Of a stretch of DNA of 64,000 nt, positions 31,445 through 40,246 are shown one piece after another. Made by a program: the position numbers and the translations under genes. Location: the IMG/VR virus record IMGVR_UViG_3300017722_003538, positions 29,071 to 93,070 of that record; one strand, given 5' to 3'. Source of the stretch: a virus (taxonomy: Duplodnaviria > Caudoviricetes). The notes below the pieces were generated by a model that saw only the letters and a program-made list of their open reading frames with translations, did not search any database and was not told the DNA's origin. Every line of letters starts with the position of its first letter. The stretch's first letter is position 1.

Positions 31445-32734
31445 ATGAAAACAAGAATCCTTAATTTTAACCGTTTCATAACTGAAAAGTATGAAGTTAA
31501 ATTGAATGAGCAGTTATTATTAGAAGGTGGAGCAGCTGGACATATGTCCCATCCATTCGATAATAATGACCTAACATTTGGAGACTTTAAGAATATGATT
31601 ATTGGTGGACTTCAAGGAGAATTAAACTTCGAAGAGGAGCCTACTGAAAAAACCGATGGTCAAAACGTATTTGCAACAATTCAAAATGGCGAGGTTAAAT
31701 TTGCCAGAAATAAAACTGAGTTGCAAAACCCTATGAGTCTTAAGGATTTTCAAAATAAATTTGAGGGACATGCAAGTAAACTGGTACAAGATACTTTTCA
31801 ATTTGCAGCCGCTGATTTAGCAACCCTGCTTATAAAGTTACCCGCTAAAACACAAGAGGAAGTGTTCCAGAATGGGCTGAACTTCATGAACATGGAGTTG
31901 ATATATTCTGCTAACCCTAATGTAATTCACTATGATGTTGATGTAATTCAATTCCATGGTATTAAGAAGACTGATGGGGCTGGAAATATAGTTGGAGATG
32001 ACAATAGTGCGGCAAAAAGTGTTAGTGGAGTACTTAAATCCTTAAATGCTAATGTCGGAAAAACATTTACAATTATCCCTCCTCAAGTTATTAAACTACA
32101 AAAAGACATAAACTTTGAAGAGAATCAGACCAAATTCTTAGGAAAACTTGAAGCTCTTAAAAATCGTTATAATTTAACCGATGCTGATGCTGTTGCTCGC
32201 TACCATGAAATGTGGTGGAGAGAACAAATTGAAACTATATTCGGTGACCTACCACAAAATATCAAAGAGGGTCTATTATTAAGATGGGCATATGACGATA
32301 AGAAAACCCTAAACCTTCGTTCATTGGACAAAGAATTAACTCCAGCTCAAGCTGAAGCAGTTAAGAAATTTGACAAAGAGGATGTTAAAAAGAAATTCAA
32401 AGAAAATATTCGACCATTTGAAGACCTTTTCTTAGAATTAGGAAGTGTTATCTTAAAGAATGCTAGTAACTTTGTTGCTGCTTCACCAGACAAAGAAATG
32501 CAAAGGTTACATAATGAAATCCGAACCGAAGCCGATAAGATTAAACTTAATGGAGATGTAACTCAAATTGAGAAAGTTGCAAAAGAACTTGACCGACTTG
32601 AAAGAATTGGAGGAATCCAATCTATTATACCGACTGAAGGTATTGTATTTTCATACAAAGGACACATGTACAAATTAACAGGAACATTCGCTGCTATTAA
32701 TCAGTTGATGGGAATTATAAAATACGGAAGATAA
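31445..32734 (+). CDS. Ligase/covalent nucleotidyltransferase-fold protein (DUF6267-like) with CTS-like leader
   Basis: LLEGGAAGHMSHPFD; motif I TEKTDGQN; motif IV EGIVF; motif V YKLTG. Confidence 0.65.
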   Translation: MKTRILNFNRFITEKYEVKLNEQLLLEGGAAGHMSHPFDNNDLTFGDFKNMIIGGLQGELNFEEEPTEKTDGQNVFATIQNGEVKFARNKTELQNPMSLKDFQNKFEGHASKLVQDTFQFAAADLATLLIKLPAKTQEEVFQNGLNFMNMELIYSANPNVIHYDVDVIQFHGIKKTDGAGNIVGDDNSAAKSVSGVLKSLNANVGKTFTIIPPQVIKLQKDINFEENQTKFLGKLEALKNRYNLTDADAVARYHEMWWREQIETIFGDLPQNIKEGLLLRWAYDDKKTLNLRSLDKELTPAQAEAVKKFDKEDVKKKFKENIRPFEDLFLELGSVILKNASNFVAASPDKEMQRLHNEIRTEADKIKLNGDVTQIEKVAKELDRLERIGGIQSIIPTEGIVFSYKGHMYKLTGTFAAINQLMGIIKYGR

Positions 32735-32735
32735 A

Positions 32736-33104
32736 ATGAAACACTTTAAACTATACGAGGAATTCGTAAATGAGTCTATAATTAACGAAGGCATAAGTAT
32801 GCCAAAAGGATATAATCCATCTAAAGATGTTAAAGATGGTCCTGAAATTTGCAAATCTATAATAGAAATAGTTAATAAATATGCAAAACTAAATCCTATG
32901 AAATTCAAAAAATTGATTAAGAAATCTACTGAAGACTATCCGTACATTGAACACACTGCAACAGAAGCATCTATCATTGATTTTTATATAATCTTAGCTG
33001 ATTATGTTGTATTAGAAACAGATACTTCTAAAGAGGATAAATTAAAAATGGAAAAAGAAATAACAGACTTAATCAATAAAAAAACTGGGATAAACTTTTA
33101 TTAA
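32736..33104 (+). CDS. CTS-leader hypothetical protein
   Basis: MKHFKLYEEFVNESIINE. Confidence 0.7.
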   Translation: MKHFKLYEEFVNESIINEGISMPKGYNPSKDVKDGPEICKSIIEIVNKYAKLNPMKFKKLIKKSTEDYPYIEHTATEASIIDFYIILADYVVLETDTSKEDKLKMEKEITDLINKKTGINFY

Positions 33105-33117
33105 AACAATATATAAT

Positions 33118-33438
33118 ATGAAACACATTAAACTATTTGAAGAGCATATAAACGAGGCTATCGATAAACCATCATTAGATTCTCAAACAGGATTAATTTA
33201 TTATTTTGATATACCATTCACATCTGAAGATATTGAGGAAATATTAAGTTCTTCTAAAACTGTGTTGAACGCAAAATTTACACCTAATAAACAATTTGAA
33301 ATTCAACCAATGATTTTTATCAAAGATAAAGTTAATGGTGGAGAACACACTTTTAGTGTTTCACAAATTGGTATATTAGGTTCATTTTACGAAAAGAATA
33401 AAAACAACACAGCATCCCGAAAAGATTTTACCAATTAA
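33118..33438 (+). CDS. CTS-leader hypothetical protein
   Basis: MKHIKLFEEHINE. Confidence 0.7.
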   Translation: MKHIKLFEEHINEAIDKPSLDSQTGLIYYFDIPFTSEDIEEILSSSKTVLNAKFTPNKQFEIQPMIFIKDKVNGGEHTFSVSQIGILGSFYEKNKNNTASRKDFTN

Positions 33439-33449
33439 AAAACAAAGAG

Positions 33450-35321
33450 ATGGCATTACAAAAATTAAGAGAGTACTTTAACGAAACCAATAGAGAAACC
33501 TTTATTGATATGTTAAAAAATAGAGTGTTAGTGACTGAGAAAGTTGCAGCACCTACATTTCTTGTTAAAAGAAATCTTGATGGGTTTGAATATTTTAAAT
33601 CTTCAAATTCAGACAAATTAAATCTAGTTGACCGAACTGTTATCTCCCTATATGAGATTGCAATCAACTACATGCAAAGTTTGCCAAGCTCTACTAAAAA
33701 CCAAATGCCACTTGATTGGAGATTTGGTTTTGAATACCTACCAGAAGTTAATGTATCTAAAATTAAATACGGAAAGACCCCAAAAAATAACCTAATCCTA
33801 ACACATATTCAACAATTAGGAGAAGCAGACAGGGTTAAGAAAACCATAAATGATCCGGTAATCCTAAATAAATGGGCAAAAATTCTGGATGTTCAACAAC
33901 CAAGCGTAATTTTTGATGGCTATTTATCTCAATTACAGAGAGATGAACTTCTTGAATTACTTGGAATGAGCGATAGAGAATTTAGCGAATCATTTGATTA
34001 TTTAGAGGAAACAAAAGACAAGCTTAGTTTTACCAGTAAAATAGTTAAACTTTTTAATTCAAGCGCGTTTGAAACTGCCTTAAATTCAGATATTGATGAT
34101 GAATTTGATGGATTGGTTGTTAATTTTATTGACGAAAAATCGATGAAGTCTTTTAAATTAGAGGATTTTACCAGAAAAACTGGAATGGATAACTCTTCAA
34201 GCCACATGTACCAAATTGCAGTGACTGACTTTTTAGAATTTGCAACTCAATTTAATATCGACGAAATCCAACTCGAAGACGAGAGAGCAGACTACAGATA
34301 TCTTGAAATAATGTCGATAATGTTTAATGAATATGTTGACAAGAATTCCTCAAAATATATTGGAGTTAATTTTGAAAGCGCTGAATTTTCATCAGCACAA
34401 TCTTTTAAATTAAATACAAAATACATTCTTGACGAAAAGACCCTAAAATATACATCAAACGATATTTTAGCAGAGTTACTAAAAATGGTTTTAAGTTCTT
34501 TTAGAAAGAAGAGAACCAAAACAAGCGACCTAATCGACGAGGACACTATGAATCGTATGAATGAAATTATCGAAAAAATCAATCAGAAAATATTTGTTGA
34601 AAGTACTGACGAGAATGCAATATATGATTACCAAAATTTTATGTTGCGCGACAGGATTAAAACTTCAGTCAACCTAAATGAGGCACTTAAACTGACTCAT
34701 GTTGAACAAGGAAAACAGCCAGTAAATATGTTTGTTGGAAGATTTCAGCCCTTTACATTAGGACATGCTAAAGTTTTAGAGACTATTCATAAAGAAAATG
34801 GCTATCCAGTAGTTGTATTTCTAGTTAAAGCAAAAACCAAAAAGAAGGGTGATGAATTTAGCAGACCATACGATGAGAAGACCCAAATTGAAATGTTTAA
34901 AAACGTTCAAAAACAATACACATTCCTTAAAGAGATATATGTAATTCCAACTGGAGGTATAGATATTATGTTTAATGAAATGAGACCTAAATATGAACCA
35001 GTACTTTGGGGAACGGGAAGCGACAGAATGACAAGTTATGGTTATCAAGTAAACAATGATGCATATAGAGACCAATTAAATTGTAGAGCTGATTTTGGAC
35101 TTTTTGAAATTCCAAGAAATGATGATGATATTTCGGCTACTGCAGTTAGAAATGCGCTATTAGCAGGTGATGAAAAACAATTTCAGAATTTAACACCAAA
35201 GGCAGTTCATGGAATGTATAATGAACTTAAATCTAAAATTGAAGATTCAATGGGAGTAGTTGCTGAAGGATTTACCAATGAAATTATGACATTCGAACAA
35301 TTTATTAACAAAGATATATAA
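33450..35321 (+). CDS. Fusion of degenerate ligase-like domain and HIGH-superfamily cytidylyl/adenylyltransferase
   Basis: N-terminal VTEKVAAP and FDGLVV; C-terminal GRFQPFTLGH, GSDR, DISATAVRNAL; linker VNLNEA. Confidence 0.7.
   Translation: MALQKLREYFNETNRETFIDMLKNRVLVTEKVAAPTFLVKRNLDGFEYFKSSNSDKLNLVDRTVISLYEIAINYMQSLPSSTKNQMPLDWRFGFEYLPEVNVSKIKYGKTPKNNLILTHIQQLGEADRVKKTINDPVILNKWAKILDVQQPSVIFDGYLSQLQRDELLELLGMSDREFSESFDYLEETKDKLSFTSKIVKLFNSSAFETALNSDIDDEFDGLVVNFIDEKSMKSFKLEDFTRKTGMDNSSSHMYQIAVTDFLEFATQFNIDEIQLEDERADYRYLEIMSIMFNEYVDKNSSKYIGVNFESAEFSSAQSFKLNTKYILDEKTLKYTSNDILAELLKMVLSSFRKKRTKTSDLIDEDTMNRMNEIIEKINQKIFVESTDENAIYDYQNFMLRDRIKTSVNLNEALKLTHVEQGKQPVNMFVGRFQPFTLGHAKVLETIHKENGYPVVVFLVKAKTKKKGDEFSRPYDEKTQIEMFKNVQKQYTFLKEIYVIPTGGIDIMFNEMRPKYEPVLWGTGSDRMTSYGYQVNNDAYRDQLNCRADFGLFEIPRNDDDISATAVRNALLAGDEKQFQNLTPKAVHGMYNELKSKIEDSMGVVAEGFTNEIMTFEQFINKDI
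35313..35321 (+). promoter_or_regulatory. Putative late promoter GATATATAA
   Basis: Recurrent motif overlapping a stop codon. Confidence 0.55.
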
Positions 35322-35345
35322 AACATAAATAAATATAAAAATCCT

Positions 35346-37676
35346 ATGAATTTTAATGAATTCCTAAATGAAGGTAGTACCTCAACTTATGGTGGACCTG
35401 CTGGACTTACTAAAGATGAGACATTTAAAATTGCTCAAAAATTTGCAGATGCTGCCGCTAGCGTTGACCCTGAAAAAGGAAAATGGGGTGTAAACAAAAG
35501 AACCTTAGAAGAGGATGGGTTTGACCTGGACTACAATGACGTGGAATTCGACGGTGGTTCATATAACATTTACAAAAATGGTAATGTCGTAAATATGGCT
35601 CTTCGTGAAAATCCAGTTTTAGGTAAAATAGGAGATGATATTAAAACTATTGCAAAAGGTTTTAAAAAGATGATGGCAAATGAATCTGCTACAAACGAGG
35701 CTAATTTAGTTTTGGGTTTATCAACTAACAATTATCCAGCCGGAACAATCGCAAGATATCGTATAGAATCTAGTGTTATTAACCTAAGAAAAGTTGCTGA
35801 TTTATCAAAAGATTCATGGAGTAAATATTCAAGAGCATTTGCTGATAGTGAAATTGGTTTTGAAAAATCAAGCGATAGAAAAGAGGCATTAGACGCTATT
35901 CAAAAATCATTTGACAATGGACAGAATGATATCAGAGAGTTTGGTATAAATGAATCAGCAGTTACTGAAAATGAGCATCTTGATATATCAAAATGGAAGA
36001 TAGGAGATACTGTTGAATTTTCTAATGGTGAAATTTGGAAAGTAGCAAAGCCAGGATATAAAAAATCAAATGACTCGATTTTTCTAGCTCCATTTAATGA
36101 TGTTGCAAAAAAAGGACATATTTCATTACCAATTGAATTTACAGCAGATCAATTAACAAATACAGTAACAGAATCAGTAGTTAACGAAAGAAACATCACA
36201 ATCAAAAGACAATATACTGAAAAAAATCCTGCAATTACTGTAGGTAAAGCTGCTAAAATTCGTAATAGAATGTTAGAGGCTATTAAAGATGGTAAAATTT
36301 CTCAAGAGGAATTTAACACAATTCTTGGAGAAATGACCACAGATTCTAAAAGATGGTTGAGAAGAAACGCTCAGTGTTTTAATGTATCTGAAGATGGAAT
36401 TAGTTTATCAAAGACAGGTTCTAGAATCCTTAAAAATGTAATGGTTTCAGAAGCAACTACAAAGGCCCCAAAGATTTGGGTTCCTGGAGGATTTGACAAA
36501 GAAATTGCAAAATACCCAAACCAAAAAATTACCCGAAAAATCGTATTAGATGCGGCACTTAAATGGGATGTAAATCCAGAAGATGCTATCAAATACGTCG
36601 AATTTGCTTGGGTTATTGACTTAGACGAAAACAAAAATAACAACGATATGAAAACAAAATTTATCTACGAATCTTTCGCAGAATTTGTTGAAAACAAATT
36701 AAACGAAGGTACCTTAAATGAAGCATTTAAAAGTGCTAAATTAGCTAACCTTTTCTCAGTGGGAAGTGCTAGTACTAAAGACTTAGCAGGAGCTTTTTAT
36801 AATTTCTCAAAATTAGCACTTGATAAAATCGAGGATTATGACATTATTGAAATGGACCCTCAAACTGCACGTAAAGAAAAAAGAGCAAACGCTATTTATT
36901 TTTACGTAGTAACTAACCAAAAAGTAAATCCATACGCTGAAACTAGTAACCCATCTACATGGAATAATGGACTTATTCAGTCAAATACCCTATTAGCAAT
37001 AACCAACGGTCAAAACGAATGGTATTCAACTGCATATAATAGATATGGAAAAACTAGTACTGAAACTTTAAAAGTTGCTAGTTCAAGAGAAGCTGCCGCA
37101 GGATTTGATAAAAGAGACTCTAAAAGATACGATGGTTCTGGAATTACTTCTGTTACAAAAGTAGCTGAATTAGCTGATATTGCTTATGTTATTGACTTAG
37201 ACGTTCTTAAAGCCCGTTATTCTACGCAATCATTATTATTTAAAAGATCTGAAGATAAACGTGGAGCTACTGCTTTTGTAGATGATAAAGAATTTAAAGC
37301 AGCAAACAAAGCACGTTATAACGAAATCTTAGCGCAAAAAGCAGCTGCAATGCCAATAGACTCAGTTGTATTAGGAGCTATTGATACTCTTGCTACACAA
37401 ATTAAAGATGCTTTAGCTAAATCTGAGAAAGGAAGATACGGAGAACTTATTATTGGATTAGACACTAGAGGTAGAGAAATCAAAATGAGTGATGCTTCTA
37501 ACTTAATGAGAAATATCTTAGACGAGTACAATAGATACGTTGGATATGTTGCTGAATCTGAAAAAGAAGTTGCAACTGGATATAGTGGTAAATTCTACGA
37601 AGGTAGACTAAAAGAAAGTGCTAAAACAATTACAGACTACGTTAAGAAAGTAGACGCTAAAAATTACGCTTGGTAA
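35346..37676 (+). CDS. Second modular head-internal polyprotein
   Basis: MNFNEFLNE leader; linkers ESATNEA, ESAVTE, ESVVNE, MVSEA, KLNEGTLNEA; internal CTS-like segment at 36648. Confidence 0.7.
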   Translation: MNFNEFLNEGSTSTYGGPAGLTKDETFKIAQKFADAAASVDPEKGKWGVNKRTLEEDGFDLDYNDVEFDGGSYNIYKNGNVVNMALRENPVLGKIGDDIKTIAKGFKKMMANESATNEANLVLGLSTNNYPAGTIARYRIESSVINLRKVADLSKDSWSKYSRAFADSEIGFEKSSDRKEALDAIQKSFDNGQNDIREFGINESAVTENEHLDISKWKIGDTVEFSNGEIWKVAKPGYKKSNDSIFLAPFNDVAKKGHISLPIEFTADQLTNTVTESVVNERNITIKRQYTEKNPAITVGKAAKIRNRMLEAIKDGKISQEEFNTILGEMTTDSKRWLRRNAQCFNVSEDGISLSKTGSRILKNVMVSEATTKAPKIWVPGGFDKEIAKYPNQKITRKIVLDAALKWDVNPEDAIKYVEFAWVIDLDENKNNNDMKTKFIYESFAEFVENKLNEGTLNEAFKSAKLANLFSVGSASTKDLAGAFYNFSKLALDKIEDYDIIEMDPQTARKEKRANAIYFYVVTNQKVNPYAETSNPSTWNNGLIQSNTLLAITNGQNEWYSTAYNRYGKTSTETLKVASSREAAAGFDKRDSKRYDGSGITSVTKVAELADIAYVIDLDVLKARYSTQSLLFKRSEDKRGATAFVDDKEFKAANKARYNEILAQKAAAMPIDSVVLGAIDTLATQIKDALAKSEKGRYGELIIGLDTRGREIKMSDASNLMRNILDEYNRYVGYVAESEKEVATGYSGKFYEGRLKESAKTITDYVKKVDAKNYAW

Positions 37677-37677
37677 A

Positions 37678-37989
37678 ATGAAACACATAAAAACCTTTGA
37701 GAACTTCTTAAATGAAGGGTCTAAAGAAACATGGATAGTTTTTCTTCCTATTGAAAAGGGTGACATCATTGATATCGATAGCTCTCTATTTGGCGTTTTT
37801 AACGATGAAGAATATGACCGAATAGCACCTTTTGACAAAGTCGACAACTACTCAACTTCTGCATCTTTTTCAGATATGAAAACAGCTCAAGAATATGCAG
37901 AACTTGTAAGAGCATCCAAAGGAAACATGAAGTCTGCTGATTACAAAAAAGTAATAGATTTTGAAAAGAAAAACAAAATAGCACAATGA
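37678..37989 (+). CDS. CTS-leader hypothetical protein
   Basis: MKHIKTFENFLNE. Confidence 0.7.
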   Translation: MKHIKTFENFLNEGSKETWIVFLPIEKGDIIDIDSSLFGVFNDEEYDRIAPFDKVDNYSTSASFSDMKTAQEYAELVRASKGNMKSADYKKVIDFEKKNKIAQ

Positions 37990-38495
37990 AACACATACCT
38001 ACATTCGAAAGTTTTGTTAATGAATCCCTAAATGAAGGTTGGGGAATGGATGACATTGTAAAAATCCATTTTGAAACTGACCCTGATAAACAACAAGAAC
38101 TTAAAAGAGCCTATGGTAAAAAAACTGGTGCAATGTCACGTACCAGTCAAATCGAGTCTGCTGATTATGCACTGGCTAAATATAGAAGACAAATTGGATA
38201 TGACAATGGTAAGTCAGGTAGTGCAGGTTTAACTGACGTATTTATTCCAAGTTCATCAATGGCCGCATTTTCTACTGTAGGTAATGGACCTCATTCTAAG
38301 CCTAGAAAATGGAACCAAAAGGAATACGATAAATGGATTAAAGATATGGCTGGAGACGGTGGAGCAAACCATGCATATGATATGGCGCAAAATGCCAAGT
38401 TTGAACCAGGTCTTATTGATTGGGTTAAGAGAAATGTAGCGTACGGCGAAAAACCATTAGATAGAATTCAATGGGACATCGAGGCCTATTCATAA
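37986..38495 (+). CDS. CTS-leader hypothetical protein
   Basis: MKHIPTFESFVNESLNE. Confidence 0.7.
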   Translation: MKHIPTFESFVNESLNEGWGMDDIVKIHFETDPDKQQELKRAYGKKTGAMSRTSQIESADYALAKYRRQIGYDNGKSGSAGLTDVFIPSSSMAAFSTVGNGPHSKPRKWNQKEYDKWIKDMAGDGGANHAYDMAQNAKFEPGLIDWVKRNVAYGEKPLDRIQWDIEAYS

Positions 38496-38515
38496 TAAAT
38501 AATAAGATATACAAT

Positions 38516-39052
38516 ATGAAACACATTAAACTATACGAGGAATTCGTAAATGAAAAAGTATACAGAATGACTGGACCCTATGCCTCTAAAGGTATTGTCG
38601 GTAAAGTTATGCAGGCATTTAAAAAAGAAATTGAAAGAGTCACTTTTGAAGGGGATGTTAAAGATACTTTAGAGCAGGTTAATGGCGCTTGGGGAGATTT
38701 TGGAAAAGATGCGCAAAAAATGATTCTAGCTGAAGTTGAAAAGGCGGTAAGAGACATGGACCAAGTTGTCTATGTTCATGTTCAAGGATTAAACAAAACA
38801 TGGGAGCCAGACACTGTTAATGGATTAAATAGAGACGGTGGACCATTACATATTAGAATTGCTGGAGATTTTGTAATTAATGTTGGTTTTATGGATGATG
38901 TCGATGGTAGCAAATTTAAGAATAAATTAGGTGGTATGTTAAATACCGCAATTGCAGGTGGAGAAGACATTTATGGTGCTTTCGATGCTGAAATTGGAGA
39001 AAATAATGTTGAAATCAGAGGTTCTGAGATTATGCAAATAGACGAAAAATAA
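38516..39052 (+). CDS. CTS-leader hypothetical protein; start reassigned from 38471
   Basis: MKHIKLYEEFVNE at in-frame ATG 38516. Confidence 0.75.
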   Translation: MKHIKLYEEFVNEKVYRMTGPYASKGIVGKVMQAFKKEIERVTFEGDVKDTLEQVNGAWGDFGKDAQKMILAEVEKAVRDMDQVVYVHVQGLNKTWEPDTVNGLNRDGGPLHIRIAGDFVINVGFMDDVDGSKFKNKLGGMLNTAIAGGEDIYGAFDAEIGENNVEIRGSEIMQIDEK

Positions 39053-39053
39053 T

Positions 39054-39896
39054 ATGCCAAGTACAAGTAAAGCTCAACAGCAACTTATGGGTATGGCCTA
39101 CGCTCTTAAAAAAGGAGATATGGACCCTAAAGATGCTAGCCAAGAGGTTAAAGACCTAGCAGATTCTATGACACTTAAACAGTTGAAAGATTTTGCAAGC
39201 ACAAAACATGAAGGATTACCTGACCGTGTTGCAGAGGCTGAAGACCATGAAGTTGGAATGGCAATGAGTCAACTTAATGCAATTTCAAAATCAGTTGGTG
39301 AACTACTTCAAAAAATTGGAAGAGAAGAGAAGGACCTTCCGGGATGGATTCAAGACCACATTTCACAGTCCTATAATTTTATTAAACAGGCAAACGACGG
39401 TTATCATGAACTTGAAGAGATGGTTTCTCCTGATAGCATTGGAGGAATGGGAGCTACCGCTCTACCTTCACCCACATCAGTAGGTTCTGGAGATATTCCA
39501 AAGGGTTCTAGAGATGCAAAAGAGGAAGAGGAAGAGGAAAAGAAGAGACGTAAAGAGTTCTTAAAGAAGTTTAAAACATTTGAAGAATTTCTTAATGAAG
39601 ACACTGAAGATGCAATCGAAGTGTTTGCAAAAGATGAACAAGAAGATGGATTTAATGCTAAAATTGTTTTAGCTAAATTTGATGGAACATCGATAAATGC
39701 CCAATCAACTGATAAAAAATGGCCAGACGGAACTCCAGTAACTAAATACTTTTCTAGAGGAGGATTTAAAAAATATGCAATTAAAGGAGAGTACCCCGTT
39801 ATAGATTCTTCTAGAGGATGGTGGTATTATCTAATTGGTAGAAATTGGTTTGCTGTTAATAAAAATGAATATCAAACTCCACCATTTGAATATTAA
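39054..39896 (+). CDS. DUF3008-like N-terminal domain protein with internal CTS-like motif
   Basis: MPSTSKAQQQLMGMAYALKKG...SMTLKQLKDFASTKHEGLP; internal KFKTFEEFLNE. Confidence 0.6.
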   Translation: MPSTSKAQQQLMGMAYALKKGDMDPKDASQEVKDLADSMTLKQLKDFASTKHEGLPDRVAEAEDHEVGMAMSQLNAISKSVGELLQKIGREEKDLPGWIQDHISQSYNFIKQANDGYHELEEMVSPDSIGGMGATALPSPTSVGSGDIPKGSRDAKEEEEEEKKRRKEFLKKFKTFEEFLNEDTEDAIEVFAKDEQEDGFNAKIVLAKFDGTSINAQSTDKKWPDGTPVTKYFSRGGFKKYAIKGEYPVIDSSRGWWYYLIGRNWFAVNKNEYQTPPFEY

Positions 39897-39904
39897 TAAA
39901 GAAT

Positions 39905-39933
39905 TGAAACAATATTTAAAACCTCAGTATAAT
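39905..39933 (+). promoter_or_regulatory. Putative promoter TGAAAC-N17-TATAAT
   Basis: Conserved motif and spacing; the -10 box lies in the loop of the terminator hairpin. Confidence 0.65.
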
Positions 39934-39948
39934 TACTGAGGTTTTTTT
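39918..39948 (+). terminator. Rho-independent terminator
   Basis: aaaacctcagta/tactgaggtttt stem plus T-run. Confidence 0.75.
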
Positions 39949-39957
39949 AATTTAACA

Positions 39958-40215
39958 ATGATGCAATACTTTTTTAAACCGGAAAATTTTGAAAGATGGT
40001 CAGGACTGGCTACCGAAAAGATAAACGTGACAATTGAATCATGTACTACACTGAGGCACATAGAATCTGCCAAAAGAATGATTGATACATTTATAATGAT
40101 TACCGCTCTAGAGGACAATATTGAAACAGAGGAGCTAGAATGGATTGTAAATCTATATTGGTTAAAAATATTTTTAAAAAAACAAACTCTTTTTGAAACA
40201 AAATTAAAACAATAA
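39958..40215 (+). CDS. Hypothetical protein
   Basis: 85 aa ORF downstream of a promoter motif. Confidence 0.55.
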   Translation: MMQYFFKPENFERWSGLATEKINVTIESCTTLRHIESAKRMIDTFIMITALEDNIETEELEWIVNLYWLKIFLKKQTLFETKLKQ

Positions 40216-40222
40216 GTATAAA
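40194..40222 (+). promoter_or_regulatory. Putative promoter TGAAAC-N17-TATAAA
   Basis: Conserved motif and spacing upstream of the DUF2828 gene. Confidence 0.65.
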
Positions 40223-40246
40223 TTACGAACTTAAAAATAAATTAAA

